NCBI RefSeq assembly: GCF_036321535.1
Contig: NC_087436.1
Span: forward strand, 62,374,001-62,438,000
Length of the DNA stretch: 64,000 nt
From: Camelus dromedarius
Taxonomy: Eukaryota
Reading direction: 5' to 3'
Under the pieces are notes generated by a model. It had not been told where the DNA came from and ran no database searches. It was given only the letters and a program-made list of their open reading frames with translations. Shown in pieces: positions 13,343-27,479 of the stretch. Numbering within the stretch: position 1 is the stretch's first letter; every line of letters begins with the position of its first letter. Made by a program: the position numbers and the translations under genes.

Positions 13343-15494
13343 TCTGTTGAGATAATAAGATATAACTGAGAAGTAATGTATCAGGAGTTTCTGAGTATTG
13401 AGGAACAGAAGTAAATAGCATTAAAAATACTAAGTAAGTGATTAAGTAATTAAATGTATATGCATTTGATTTTCAATATTACTTTGTACCAGTAATAGCC
13501 TTCATATATTTTCGGTATAAATTATGCTGGTCATTTAAAGGAGTAATTCTAGTTTTAACAGTTTTGGGAAAAAGAGTTTTTTGTTTTTTTTTTTTAAATC
13601 TCTTTAATCTCACTAGAATGCCAACATATTCAGTAGTATCCAATTGCAGGTCACCATTTGGCCTTTACCTCATGGCTTCAGGCATTGGTACATTTCATTT
13701 TTATTAATGAATGTTTAGGTGTATTTAGCATACTGACTAAACTTTTCCGGCTCTGATATCTCAGAATTGAAAACAAGTGCCATGGTGATTTCAATGGTTG
13801 GAAATTATAAAAACAAAACATTTGGCTTGGATGACAACCATATTTAAACAATAAGCTGTATTTTTTTTTTTTGTACTCACACAGCTTTGAATTTAAACAA
13901 GCCTACAAGCATAAGTGTGAGGCCTAATCTGCTTATGAACTATCTTATAATTCTGTTTCTTCACTCACAATATTCTACTACCTATTTCCCAATATTGTTA
14001 AGAGCATTAAATAATACAGCTAATATATATGTGTGTGTATATATATGTGTGTGTGTGTGTGTGTATAAAAGATGCATCAGGCATTAAATGGACCCTATGA
14101 GACATATATGGAATAGAGTATATCACAGGTTTTAGCAGATATGTGCAACTATCCCTTGATACTATTAAGGTAGAAGGATTTCAGTTCATACGTATTAAAT
14201 ATTTTTTGTCTTTCTGCTTAGTGGTTTATGCCACCAAACGGTAAAACCTAAAACAGTTAACTGAGGATCTTAATTTCCTTAGATACTAAAAGCTGCATCC
14301 CAGGCTTTCTTAAATTCTGCTAGGAAGTAGTTTTAAAGATGAAAAGCATGGAGCTGCTCTATCTTCCATGCACATGGTGTTTTCCAAAACAGCGTCAGCC
14401 TCACTGAGAGAGCATCCAAATGTATTAGAAAGTCCGCTAAAATAAGGTTCACTTGCAATTATTTTGTTCAACTTGATCAATCAACCGTTTACAAGGAAGG
14501 TAGCTAGTATTTTATGTTATCACTAATAAAAATTGCAGTTAATTTGCAATCTCAGAATTTTTACTCATGATAACATTAATGAAATACATATTAATCTGTT
14601 CCCCACAAGCATAATTTGAGTAAAGACTAAGTATAAACTAATCTGGAATGTGTGGTAACTTGGTGACAGCTACGGCACAGCTTGACTCAGCAATCATTTT
14701 GATATATTTTCCAATTATTTTCAATCACAGATATTCAACAGTTCTTGTAAATGCCAGGCTGAAAACTCGGGACATCATTCTCTGATTTGATATTCATATT
14801 CTTGAGAAGTTCAGTCTAGAAAGGAACACTGCTGAGCTGAAAGTGTCTGTGGGTGAGTGTATAAAGATCTCTTTTAAACACATATGTAGCTCTCTGCACG
14901 TGTAGTCTTTCCTTCTTCTTACTCTGACAGCAGTTTTGAAAATTAGTGTTACTGATCACAGTGAGGCCTGAGGACAGAGTAAATCTTCTCCTGTTTTAAA
15001 AGCAGAGAACTCCTCAATTTTTATACTTTGCTAGTATTCTCTCATCAATTCCATGTACAGTACAAATGGCAGTAAATAAACATATTCCTATTTCTCTGGA
15101 GATATATATATATCTCCCCAAATTCTTAAGATGACTTTCTTTTTCTTTGATTATTTATTTTACCTCATTTAAGGCAAAACATTTCAACTTTAAACCACGT
15201 GGCAGAATTTTTCTTAGCCTGGGGAATTTTGCCTGTTTAGCAAAACACCTTGATGTGCCGTTTGGGTTGTTTTGCCACAACTTAGTGAGCACTGAAATGG
15301 GTTATGTCATTTAAAAAAAATGAAGGAGAAGCTGATGTTTTTACCAACTTCTGGTGATAGAAGAAAGAGTGAACATAGATGACAGAAAGAAATGAGCTCA
15401 GTAAATGCTTGAGAGTATGGAGATTTAAGTCAGTAACCCTCAACCTCATCAGAATCAACACCTTACCTTTATTTGTTCTATCATCAATGTTTTA

Positions 15495-17337
15495 AAAACT
15501 TTTATTTAGATGTAATTTATTTAAAATGGAGATAATTTAAGCATACCACTTGATGAGTTTTGATAAGTATGTGTATATATCTATTCAACAGCCACAACAA
15601 TCATGATATTGTGCAGCACCTGAAAAAGTAGTCTTGTACTTCACTGCAGTTGATCTTGACATGACTTTTCCTGAATGACCTTCCTCTTTTGATCTACTTT
15701 CTTACACTATATTAACTTTATCTTTTCTTGAATTTTTCATAAATGCAGTCACACAGTATGTATTTTGTTTAGTCTAGCTTCTTTCACTTAACGTGTTTTT
15801 GAAGTTCATGTGTTGCATCAACTATATTTAATAGCAAATATTATATAATACTCCATTTCTACATAAAATGAAACCCATAGATTCATCTTTAATTTAAAAT
15901 AGATATAAAGTTAAAGAAATTTATATAAATATATATTATATGTAACACACGTGTAAATGTACTGAAATGTCTAGTGCAGGTGTTTGTCCATGATAGAAAT
16001 GAAGACTTGACCCCTTTATCCTTATAAAACATCTCTCTTTAATCTCTAGCAATATAATGTTTAAAATCTAGTTTTTATATTAATTGTAGCTTCTAGTTTT
16101 ATTTTGATTAAAGTTAACATTGTACGTATTTTTATTATTTTACTTTTAAACTACTTTTGCCTTTATATTTAAAGTACATTTCTTGTAGACAACATATAGT
16201 TGTGTGTTGCATTTTTATCTAATATAACTTTTAATTTGGATGTTTAGAACATTTACATTTAGTGCAATTATTGATAAAGTTAGATTTCTGTCTACCATCT
16301 TGCTATTGGTTTTCCTTTTGCCTCATATGTTCTTTGTCTGCTTTTTCCTTTATTTATGTCTGCTTTTGTATTGTGTTTTTTTCAGTGATTCCAGTTACTC
16401 TCCATTTTTGGCTTATAAAATTTTTTAATTGGTTGCTTCCATGTTTATTGTATACCAGCTAACTTTTCACATCACTGCAAGTGATATACTTGGTTGTCTT
16501 GAACTTCTTGGATCTGAAATTACAGTTTTCCTCAAATTTGGATAATTGCAGGCTGTTATTTTTTCATTGAATGTTTTACTGTCTCCTTCGTCTATTCCAT
16601 CTTTTGGAGAATCCAGCTACGCTTGTAACAAGCAAACTGAAATTGCCTCACAGCTCACTGGTACTCTTTATTTTTAATTTTTTCTCTGTATGATCATTTG
16701 GATGGTCTCTGATAGTCTCTATTGCTGTATAATCGAGTTCACAGTTTTTTTTCCTTCTGAAATATCCTGTCTGACTTTAATCCCTTTAGAGTATTTTTCT
16801 TTTTAGTCACTAAAGTTTTCATCTCCAAAATTTATATTTCAGGTCTTTAAAACATACTTCCAACGTTTCTACTTTAATTTTTAACATGTCGAATATGGTT
16901 GCAATAATTTTTAATATCCTTATCTGCTAAAGCTACTATCTAACATCTGTGTTAGTTCTTGATCAATTTTGATTGTTTGGATTTTCTCCTAGAGTTTCAT
17001 TTTGCTGCTTTTTCCCATGCCGGACAATCTGTAAGTTGTGAATTATACCTTGTCAGATGCTAGAGTGCTGGGTCTTGTATCTTTATAAATATTTGGAATT
17101 TTTCTCTAGGACATAGATAATTTATTTGGAATCAGTGAGATCCCTTTAAGATTTATTCGACAGAAGTCCATCATAGTGTAATCTTGACCTAATTATTTCC
17201 CAATACTGAGGCAAGACTTTTCTGTATACTCTATCCAATACCCAATGAATTACGAGATTTTTCCATCTGGCTGGGGAATATAGGCACCCGCCATGTGTTG
17301 GTGCCAAATATGTTTATTCTAATCCTTTTGGATGTTT

Positions 17338-17370
<33 letters not shown>

Positions 17371-18720
17371 TTTTTGGAAGTGTGAAGTAGTTTTCTCACA
17401 TACATGCACTCATAAGTATTGCTGAATATTTCAGAATGATCTTCTGCGGATGGCTGACTTTCTGTCTGTGAGCTCTCCCCTCTCTTACACTCTGTCCACT
17501 AACCTCTAATTACTTTTCTCCCTCAGGACCATCAGCTCTGTCTTATAAATTCAGGGAGTTTGCTAAGATCTGCATGTGTTCACCTCTCTATGCTACAGCC
17601 TGGAAATTATCTCAAATATTAAGCTGGGGCAATCATTGGACTTACCTTATATGTTTCCTGTCTCTCTGGGAAGTCTCTCCTTTGTTGCCTGATGTTCAGT
17701 AGTTCAGAAATTGTTGTTTGATAAATTTGGTTAACCTTTTCTGGTTGTTAAAGATAGGAGAGAGATCCCAGTCCAAGTTAACTCATTTTAGCTGGAAGAA
17801 GAAGTCAGGGTTTTTTTGATTTTGTTTTGCTTTTTAAGAATACTTTTACTAGGTATAGGGTTCTAGGTTGACAGTTATTTTCTTTCAGCTTTTAAAAGTA
17901 TTTCTTATTTTATCTCCTGAAATTACAGTATTTCTTGAGAAATTAGCTATAGTCTTACTTTTTTTTTTTTTCTTCTGGGGAAAATATGCCTTTTTCCCTC
18001 TGGCTGCTTTTGAGATTTTCTTTGTTCTTACATTTTAGCAGCTATAACATGTTTAAATATGTTTGAGTTTATAATAGTTCTTGATATTATAATTTGCCAA
18101 CACTTGTGTTTTGGAAAACTCTGAACCATTACCTTTTGAAATGTTTCCTTCTCATCCTCTCTCTCTTGTTTTTGAGGACTCAGATTATCAGTATGTTATA
18201 CCATGAATTGTATTTCCATCATGTCTCTCACTTTTCTCTGATTTTCTAACTTTTGCTTTCAGTGCTTTGCATATTTATTTCTTAGCAATTTTTCGGTTTT
18301 CAGATGATCTTTTCTGTTATGTCTAATCTATTTAAAACTCATCTATTAAATGGATAAGTTTACCTATGAATTTTTCAAATCTAGAATTTTTAGTAAACAT
18401 ATGAATAGTTTCCATTTAACTGTGAAAATTCTCTAACTTGTCATTTATTTTCTCTAACATGTCTAATATACTATTTTTTTAGAGTCCATATTTGATAACT
18501 TTAACTTCTGCTTATTCTCCCTCTTGGTATCAACTTTACCTAGTCTCTTTGTATATCTATTTATTTTGGATTGTGTGCTGACAGTCTTATAGCAGTAAAT
18601 TGAGGCCTAGGATATTATCTTCTTCTAGAATGTATTTTTGTGGTTGTAAAGTAGCTAGATTACTTACAATCCAAGATCACTTTTATCCAATCAGGACTTA
18701 AAATATGTTGAAGCTAGGCA
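15495..18720 (-). mobile_element. Cluster of old L1M fragments (3' UTR piece, endonuclease region, ORF1/5' regions)
   Basis: ttgatgagttttgataag; tttcttgtagacaacatatagttg; gaacttcttggatctg...tcaaatttgg; ggtatagggttctaggttgacag are antisense L1M motifs. Confidence 0.7.
17338..17375. repeat. (CT)n followed by poly-T
   Basis: Direct reading. Confidence 0.9.
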
Positions 18721-18809
18721 TCAATCCTAAAGATGTATTACTTGTGAACTGACACAAATTTTAACTCAATTCTTTATCATATTCCTACACATAATTTTTA
18801 GTACTCCTG

Positions 18810-19210
18810 AATGATATTCTTGACCATGCAATTTCACATCTCTCTACTTTGATGTCTATCTTTCCATTTACCTGAAATGTCATCCCTCACTCCTAGAAAC
18901 ATCATGCTCAATTTTTATGTTCCAGATTAAATGTCACCTACTTTGCAATACCTTACCTCCCCACCACTGCCTGAGCAAATAGCTGATTTCCCTAGATTCT
19001 CGTAGGCTTTTTAGCAAAATTTCTTGGCTAGTACTTTCACATTCTATTTGTAGGTATCTCTTATACCTTTATAATGTGAGCTGTTTGAGGAAAGAACTAG
19101 GTCAAAGTTATAATTGTAATAGGGGACCAAAACCTCAAAATCTTTATGTCCCCAATGTGTACTACATTACCTGAAATATAGTAGTTTGCCTAATAGTGGC
19201 TGCTTAATTG
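18810..19210 (+). mobile_element. L2 3' region
   Basis: cctgaaatgtcatcc...aaatgtcacct...aatgtgagctgtttgaggaaagaac...atatagtag. Confidence 0.7.
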
Positions 19211-19342
19211 TGGTCCGGGGGTTTTATTGTGTATTCTCTAGTACATTTTATGCATTGTAGCATTCTCTGGAAATGTGTTTCTGTGATCTCTGACCAAATC
19301 TAACTGGAACACTTCTGTATTAAAGTACTGTGAATCCCTAGG

Positions 19343-19405
19343 CAGTGCTTTCAGCATGCTTCCACTCTTATGCCAAATCTAAACCATATGCTGTCAAAAG
19401 CACTG
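19343..19405. mobile_element. Miniature hAT/Charlie-like MITE
   Basis: Termini CAGTGCTTT...AAAGCACTG; CCCTAGG on both flanks resembles the hAT-Charlie NTCTAGAN-type target. Confidence 0.6.
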
Positions 19406-20171
19406 CCCTAGGGTTAAAATCAGATCCAGAAAAATTGAGCGTTTCCATGAATTTAGGCTAATTCCCAGTAGTTATTCTTGTTCCAATTCCTGCTTGCAAA
19501 TGACTAAAAAAGACAAAGCAAAGTAGGTTAAAATGTCTATTTTCATATATACATTGAAAACATCCTTTATAGTAGGGGCATCTGTACTTAAAATTTGAGC
19601 TCAGATTTAATTGGTTCTTCAAGATGCCAAAGTGTATCTAAGAGTTTAAGTTGGTGGCGGGATAGCTGGATAAAAAGAAGAAATATGAACATCAAAAATT
19701 AGAACAATTCACTTGGGCCAGGACCCAAGCCATGAGAGGAATGTGAGAAAACAGAAACTGGTATCTACAATGAATGATAGCAAACACTAAAGAATAGGCT
19801 TTGAAGATGTCATTGATGCCCAGTATGAGAAGGTATGTATTCCAGGTACATGCAGGCAGAACACTTAGGAATTGCAAGCACTCTAATCATTCAGAGGGGC
19901 GAAAAAATGCCGAAGAGAAATATCAGCAGAAAGAAGTCCTTTAATGTTCCTGAAGAGATCTGACAAGAAACATGAAAGTATTGAAATTTTGTATAAATTG
20001 GATACTGACTTTTTTAAAACTCAAATTTAATTTTATCATTTATTCCACCCCAGATACACACAAGTATACACACACACAGACACATACAGACACGTGCACC
20101 ATTTCAGTGATTTCCCAGGACTCAGAATTTTTAAAGAAGAAAACAAAAACAATAATAATAAACAGAATCTA

Positions 20172-20582
20172 AAGATCTCAACATTGCCTACAAGACCATG
20201 CATGATCTGAAACTGGCCAACGTCTTCAGCCCCATCTCAAGATTTGCTCCCCCTAGTTTGCACATTGCAGGCATATTGACATTCATTCAAATCCTTAACC
20301 TCTTCATCCTCTCTCTCCCCTTCACTTTATAAACTCTGAATTATATTTCAGATCTCATCTAAAACTTCCTACCAGAGCTTTCCCTGAAATCATAAAGTCA
20401 TATTCACCTACTATAGACTGTGATAATATTATTCAAATTTCTTTCTAATATTATCAAAGTTTAAGTATACAATTAACTAGATGCTAAGCTCTATAGGAGG
20501 AGAAAGACACTGTGTCTTTTTGCTTACCCTGGTCTTCTCAGAGTCTAGTATAAGGCATGTCACATCTGGGTTCACTATAACA
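20172..20582 (+). mobile_element. L2 3' region
   Basis: gcctacaagaccatgcatgatctg...actagatgctaagctct...gagtctagtataaggc. Confidence 0.75.
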
Positions 20583-20854
20583 AGGACTCAGGAAAAAAGG
20601 ATAATCAGTGAAAAACTTACCAAAACAGAGTACAAATTAAATTATTGGATGTAGAATCAGAATATTCCTGACACTAGAAAAGGGAAAGAAGGATACAACA
20701 AAATTAGCAGAAAGATGGCTGAGCTGCCTGTATAGGGCTCTCCAAAGTCTGAAAAAATACCTGAACTGAGGCAGAGCTGAAATTGCAACCTGCAGCAAAA
20801 TGGTACCTTTTGCATTTAATAATAATATAACAATAATAATTATAACAATAATAA

Positions 20855-21057
20855 TAATAGTAAGGCAGTCAACATTTACTGAGAGCTAATCATGTGCCAG
20901 GAACTTGTCTACACATGGTAGTTGTCTTACATGAGGTAAGAATTACTGTTATCCTTATTTTTGATATAATAATGTTGAAGAACACAGATGTTTTTTAATC
21001 TGGAAAAGGTTCCTGAGCTACATCTAAGAGGTAGCTGAACCTAAGTATGAATCCAGT
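20855..21057 (-). mobile_element. MIR SINE
   Basis: aacatttactgagagctaatcatgtgccagg...atccttattttt...gctgaacctaagtatgaatccag. Confidence 0.75.
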
Positions 21058-21264
21058 TATTGGTAGATAGTATATATTCTTTGTTTGGAATTGTACTCTA
21101 TTTTGATTGATATCTGCTCGCATTACATAAATAATACAAGCACAAATTCCTTGGTGAAGAATTGTCCAAAGTACAGTCAAATCTCTTAAAAGGTTCCCAG
21201 GGTTATTATAACGTAACTACACTATAGCAGTATAGCATTAGAGGTTATTGTAATATCTTCTCAA

Positions 21265-21392
21265 CATGTTTGTCCTCTCTACTAGACTTTCCTTGAGAGC
21301 AAAGATTATATACTATTCACTTTAATATCCTGAGAGACTTTTTACATTTCACACAAAGTATATACTCAATAAACGATGGCTTAATAAATATT
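21265..21392 (+). mobile_element. L2 3' end
   Basis: ctactagactttccttgagagcaaag...actcaataaacg. Confidence 0.65.
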
Positions 21393-22594
21393 TGAGATCA
21401 CATTCAAATTCAGGGTTAGTTAAATCAGGTTTGTTGACTTTCAAAGTCATTTGACATGATTTCATTTAAGGAAAAGGAAAGTTTGTGTATGTGTGTGTGT
21501 TCAAGTCCAGGAAAAAAGATTATCAAATATCATTCCTAAATGTGATCATATTATATCTGAAATGTGTATACAATAAATATGAAAAGTATTTGGTCACTTA
21601 AAACACTGTGAAAGCCTTATTCAGAAGAGGCAGAAAACATTTCCCCTTCTGAGTTCTGCTTAGCAAACGAACAATCAAACATGAATGTACAAAAATGAAA
21701 TCAGTAAATGTTGGGCAGCAAAAAGTTGTAGATTAAATAATCGTAAAGGTAATAATTTAACAATATTATTAAAAGCCTTACATCTCTTGTGCTTTGAAAA
21801 GAGACAATCGCATTTTAATTTTTGAATGTCAGAAAGTGTAAAAGGATCATCTCCAGCAACTGAGACAACTAATTAAAACTGTTACACCTGTTTTTCACAT
21901 GCTCCTGATTTTTAGTTGGATCATACTGAAAAAACAGAAAATTATCTAACATGATTCATTATTTTGCATCTTACGTATTAACTGGACATCTCAATGAATT
22001 TTAAGTTTAAAATTTTTATACATATACAGGTTATTGTTCCCTTGTTTTTATACTCCATGTAACATCAAATATTTGATATTTACAAAATTCCAGGTCCTTG
22101 ACTGATATTTATTGTCAATATTTATCTACAGATTGGGTACTGTAAGTTGTATGTATAATAGATGTGGAGATTAGTGCCATTGAGAAAGCAGTTACATTCA
22201 CGCACACATAATAATCCCATGTTGTTCAGAGGACACATTAGATCAGTTATTTGGAGTGAGAAATATAAAGTCTAGAGTTTCAGAAACTTACTCAAATATC
22301 AATCTGCAAAATAAAAAAATGAGGGGGAAATGTGTTCAATTAATTCTCTAAAATTTTCTATGATGGTAGGAAAAAGTTCTGAGGAAAGTACAAGAGTCAA
22401 AGAACCTGGGTTATCTAGTAGAAGACTATGAACAATAATAAATATTCAAAACAGAAATTCGGATCTACTCTATTTTGTGAATCAAGCAGATAAACTTTTT
22501 TGTATGGATGTCATAATAGAGGAAGTAAGTCCCTTATTGTAGATTAGGGTCTAGTATATTTACAGTCCAAACCTGGGTGCCAAAACCTTCATAT

Positions 22595-22875
22595 TGAATT
22601 TTTATTCATTAGTGTCTTTTGAAAAAACAAAAATATTTAATTTAAATGAAGTCCAACTTATCAATTTTTCTTTTTACAGACTGTGCTGTTGTACTAAAAA
22701 GTCATTTCCAAGACTAATGTTACTTAGATTTCTTTCTATGATGTCTTCTAGAAATTTTATAGTTGGCATTTTACACTTAGATCTATGACCCATTTTGAGT
22801 TGATTTTTGTGAAAGGTGTAAGGTCTGTGTCTAGATTAATTTAACTGCATATGAAGTTCCAGTCTCATCACCAAA
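22595..22875 (-). mobile_element. L1M ORF2 fragment
   Basis: atgaagtccaacttatcaatt...gatctatgacccattttgagttgatttttgtgaaaggtgtaagg. Confidence 0.85.
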
Positions 22876-24274
22876 TTTAAAGGCACACACACTATATCAT
22901 CAATTATGACTTTATAATTATATCATCAGATCATTTGGCCTGGGAAGAATTTAAAAATGGCTGATGACTGACTCATCTGAAATCTGTAATAAGGCTTAGA
23001 TCATCTAACAGAAGAATTTAGTCAAATATCATATTAATTGATCTTGGATATTTCTTTTCCAAAGTGGGGCATTATTAACTATCTCATGGCAAAGAAATAT
23101 ACACACACATACACGCCCATGTATCAGGAAAAACAGGTGGCTCTCATTTTGTGCTTTTGTTTGTCACAGAAAGCTCAGATGAACATCCAATGGGCATATC
23201 AAAATGACTGTAGTGTAATAGCAAATAATCAAATGAGACCTAAAAGTTGAAGTGTTGTGTGTAACGTGGATATACCTGCTGAAAACACCTTTTCTAAATA
23301 TAAAAAACTGAGTTACTTTATGATAGTCAGGGGACATTGTATTAATCACAGAAAAGGAAGGCAGGATCTGAAGGAACAATATAGCTTAGTAGGTAGCTGT
23401 TCCCATAAATGTACTCTTAAAGTAGAATTTATTAGGACCTTTTAAATGAAAGTTTTCACTTTTACTAGTGGGTATGTATCCCACAAATGAATTGGCTTTT
23501 TAATCTTAGTATGTTTAATATGAAACACACTGATAAAAGTATCTAGAATTTCACATAAAATATAGGGTGTTTTATATTTATATGTATTTTGGTATATAAT
23601 ATGTATGTGTTGTTAGTGTACGTTCAATTATCTGTGAAATTATTAAGTTTTTTTGGTTTTTTCTCCTAAAAAAGGGGTTTTTAGCTATCATGATATTAAG
23701 ATCAAAAAGTGGAAACAAAGTAAAATAATAATTAAAACCCCACATTTCTTACTAAACATAGGGACTGTTTTCAGTTAGGTAATTTAATTTTTCTCCTTCT
23801 ATCAACAATGCGTAAAACATATATTTCCCATAAGTATTTAGCAAACAAAAAACATTTTGTAAATGAGGCGTTATTTAGTATAAGAAATGTAATTTAGAAA
23901 AAAATTCAGACCTGACAATGATTCTGATCTAGAGGTGCAAATTTTGGCTGTAAAACATTTGCACTGTTCTGTTTCTTGAAATTCAACATATGCTGGTATT
24001 TTTTACATTAAATATATTTACATTTAAATGATGAGCATCCTCTAAACCGCCAAAGAACAAAAACTGTTTAGGTTAGCTGTGAATCTCAGATTGGACTGGT
24101 TTCACTTTTACATTGCTTTGAAAGCCACATTTTATGAGCCAACTTCTGCATCATGGCTCTTACGTAACCTTTATATTTTCTTCCCTGATTCTACAAATCA
24201 CATTAAGGAGAGCAGGAAATGCAGCCAGCATGAGTCCTCCTAAAGTTTATAATACATTTCTTGTTCTGTACAAT

Positions 24275-24654
24275 CTGTGATTTTGCTGCCTGTGTTGGTT
24301 ATTTTGCCATGCATTTAAATTTTAGAGGCAGATTGTTAAATTCCATGAAAAGTCTTGTTGATAAATTTGGGAAGAACTGAACTATTCACGAGCATTATCT
24401 CTTCATTCATTTAGGTCTTCCAAAAAAGTTTCAAAATGTTTAATATTTTGTATGTATTTTATTTTTCTTGCAAGAAAAGTATATATAATTTGCTTAGAAC
24501 ATTATATACTATATAGATAGACATTATATAGTATATATTATATATATACTGTATAGTATAAATGCTGTGTATATATATTTTTTGCAAATACTGTATTTTT
24601 GTTATATTTTCTATTTGTGACTGCATAAAATATTTTTTGTGATTATAAAAATAT
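24275..24654 (-). mobile_element. Old L1ME fragment
   Basis: ccatgcatttaaattttag...tttggggaagaactga...ttcatttaggtcttc. Confidence 0.55.
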
Positions 24655-25625
24655 TTTTTATTGAAGTATAGTCAGTTTACAATGTTGTGTCAATTTCTGA
24701 TGTACAACATAATGCTTCAGTCATACATGGACATACATTCATTTTTATATTCTTTTTCACCATAAGTTACTATAAGATATTGAATATAGTTCCCCATGAT
24801 ATATGGTATGAACTTGTTTATCTATTTTATATATATTAGTTAGTATGTGCAAATCTTGAACTCCCAATTTATCCCTCTCTACTCCCTTCCCCTCCTGGTA
24901 ATCATAAGTTTGTTTTCTACGTCTGTGAATCTGTTTCTGTTTTGTAAACAAGTTTATTTGTCTTTTTTTTAGATTCCACATATAAATGATATCCTATGAT
25001 ATTTTTCTTTCTCTTTCTGGTTCATTTCACTTAGAATGATGATCTCTTGGTCCATGTTGCTGCGAATGGCATTATTTTATTCTATTTTATGGCTGAGTAG
25101 TATTCCATTGTATAAATACACCACAGCTTCTTTATCCAGTCATCTGTTGATGGATATTTGGGTTGTTTCCATGTCTTGGCTATTGTAAATAGTGCTGCTA
25201 TGAATATTGGGGTGCATATATCTTTCTGAAGTAAGGTTCCCTCTGGATATATGCCCAGGAGTGGGATTACTGGATCATATGGTAAGTCTATTTTTAGTCC
25301 TTTGAGGAATCTCCATACTGTTTTCCATAACAGCCATCCCAAACTATATTCCCACCAACAGTGTGGGAGGGTTCCCTTTTTTCCACAGCCTGTCCAGCAT
25401 TTAGCATTTGTGGACTTTTGAATGATGGCCATTTGATGGGTGTGAGGTGATACCTCATTGTAAATTTGATTTGCATTTCTTTTATAATTAGTGGTATTTA
25501 ACATTTTTTCCTGTGCCTATTGCTCATTTGTCTGTCTTCATTGGAGAATTGCTTGTTTAGGTCTTCTGCCCATTTTTGGATTGGGTTGTTTGCTTTTTTT
25601 CTTATTAAGATGTATAAGCTGTATA
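24655..25625 (-). mobile_element. Young 5'-truncated L1 (ORF2 C-terminus and 3' UTR)
   Basis: ORF 25082-25504(-) has [50 protein letters not shown] 25294-25476 has [13 protein letters not shown], i.e. frameshifted L1 ORF2. Confidence 0.95.
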
Positions 25626-27470
25626 ACTCTGAGTTCTTAAAATGAATCAAACTTGATCATAATGTATAAGAAGTTTGATATATTGTGGGATTTGGTTTCT
25701 AATATTTCATTTAGGATTATTGCAATTTTGTCATGGTGGTCTTACCCTAAAATAAGTGGGAGTCTTCTTTCTGTTTCCTAAAATTTTGTGTGTCATGGAA
25801 TGATAAGTTTCTTGAAAGTTTAACAGAATTCTGTTTTAAAAAGTTTGGGTTTTTTTTTATTTTAATCTTTTTGGCTTTGAATTAAGTTTTTAATTATTGG
25901 CACTTTTATTTTTTAAACTGCTGAGAATATTCTGAAGTTTCTTCTCAAGTAAGTCTCAGTGAGTCATATTTCTTTAGAACTTTTCCATTTCTTTTAAATT
26001 CTCAAATGCATGTCCAGAGTATTCTTGGAATTCTATTCTAAATGTTCTTTTTAAATTAATTTCATTTTTCATTTCTAATCATTTTTATTTGTACCTTTCC
26101 TTTTAATTTCTCTTTTTTAGGATTCTCAAAGAAGCAACTGTTGTTTCTGTTGATAATCTGCATCAATTTAATCTTTTTTCTAGTATATTAATTCATATTT
26201 TTGTTTTTTCATTTTTCTAATTTTTATCATTCATTCTGTTGTTTCTTTTCCTTATTTTTCAAATGTATCTCTTGTCATTTATTTTTTAAATTAATGTTTT
26301 TCAGTGCATGGGGTCTGTATGATGCTAATTTTGAAAATCTCTTTCAGATTTGTTTAATGGCTAACTTTTGTAAATATCCTATTTTACCAGTGAAGACTTT
26401 ACTCTCTTATCATGGGATGCAGGAATCCTCATATGTCTATTAAATCAAGTTTATTTTATATATTTTATGCTTTTATAATATTTTTGACTATTGAATACAT
26501 CAATAATTTATTCAGCTGATATTTATTGAGGCCCTACTTGGTATTAAATGATGCTCTAGTCAGAATGGTTCTCCCAAAATTCATATGTTGAAATCCTAAA
26601 CTTCAAAGATGAGGTTATTAGCTTGTGCTGTATTTGGGAGGTGATTAGGCCACAAGGGTGGAGACTTTATGAAATGAGATAAATGTTCTTATAAGGGAAA
26701 CCCCACACCCCACAGAGATCCATCTTTCCTTCCACCGCCTGAAGACATAGGGAGGAGGACATAGACCTTCACCAGAACCTTCATGCCAGCCCCTTTTCCT
26801 TGGCTGCCCAGGCTCCAGAATTGTGAGAAATAAATTTCTGTTGTTTGTAAGCTACCTAGTCTGTGGTATTTGGTTAGAGCAGCCTGAACAGACTAAAATG
26901 AATGAGAATTTGATAGTCAGCAGAGAGACAAAGACCCCACCTTCATGGAGTGAGTTTACATTATTTATACTGAGAGAGGTAGTTTCCAATCTGAAAATAT
27001 GATTGAAAATTGTCAATTCCCTCATGCATTTTTGTAAGTTACTACATTATTTATTTTTAGGTTATATGATTAAAAATAACAGTTTAGAATATTTAAAATT
27101 TCCTGGAAAACTGAGATTTTATCATTATACACTGGTTTCCCTCATCCTTCATAACATTTAAAACTTATTTACTTTGTCCAGTGCTAATAGAGCTACCCAA
27201 TATTATTATTTTATTATTATGATTATTAGCCTGGTGGTAGATTTAATAATAATTTTTAAAATTTATTTTCATTTCTTTTTCTTTTAATTTCCCTATGCTT
27301 TTTATTTGTAGTATACAATTTTTGAAAAGGATTTATCTGATTTTATTTATTAGTTTATATCTAGTATAAAAATCTGTTTCTGAGACAGTGAATTTACATC
27401 ATTTACCTCTCTTTGATTAATGATATACTTGTCTTAATTCTACCATCTTATTTCTTGTTATTTACATTCA
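25626..27470 (-). mobile_element. Old L1ME ORF2 remnants, interrupted by L2 and MLT1 at about 26505-26965
   Basis: tgtgggatttggtttctaatatttc...ttcttgaaagtttaacagaattc...ttctaccatcttatttc. Confidence 0.55.
26552..26900 (+). mobile_element. MaLR solo LTR (MLT1A-type)
   Basis: tgctctagtcagaatg...cccaaaattcatatgttgaaatcc...ccagaattgtgagaaataaatttctgttg...cagactaa; 5-bp TSD AATGA at 26547-26551 and 26901-26905. Confidence 0.9.
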
Positions 27471-27479
27471 TTATCATGA

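Noticed and set aside
25082..25504. 140-aa ORF
   Set aside because: Frameshifted L1 ORF2 C-terminus in a truncated copy, not a host gene
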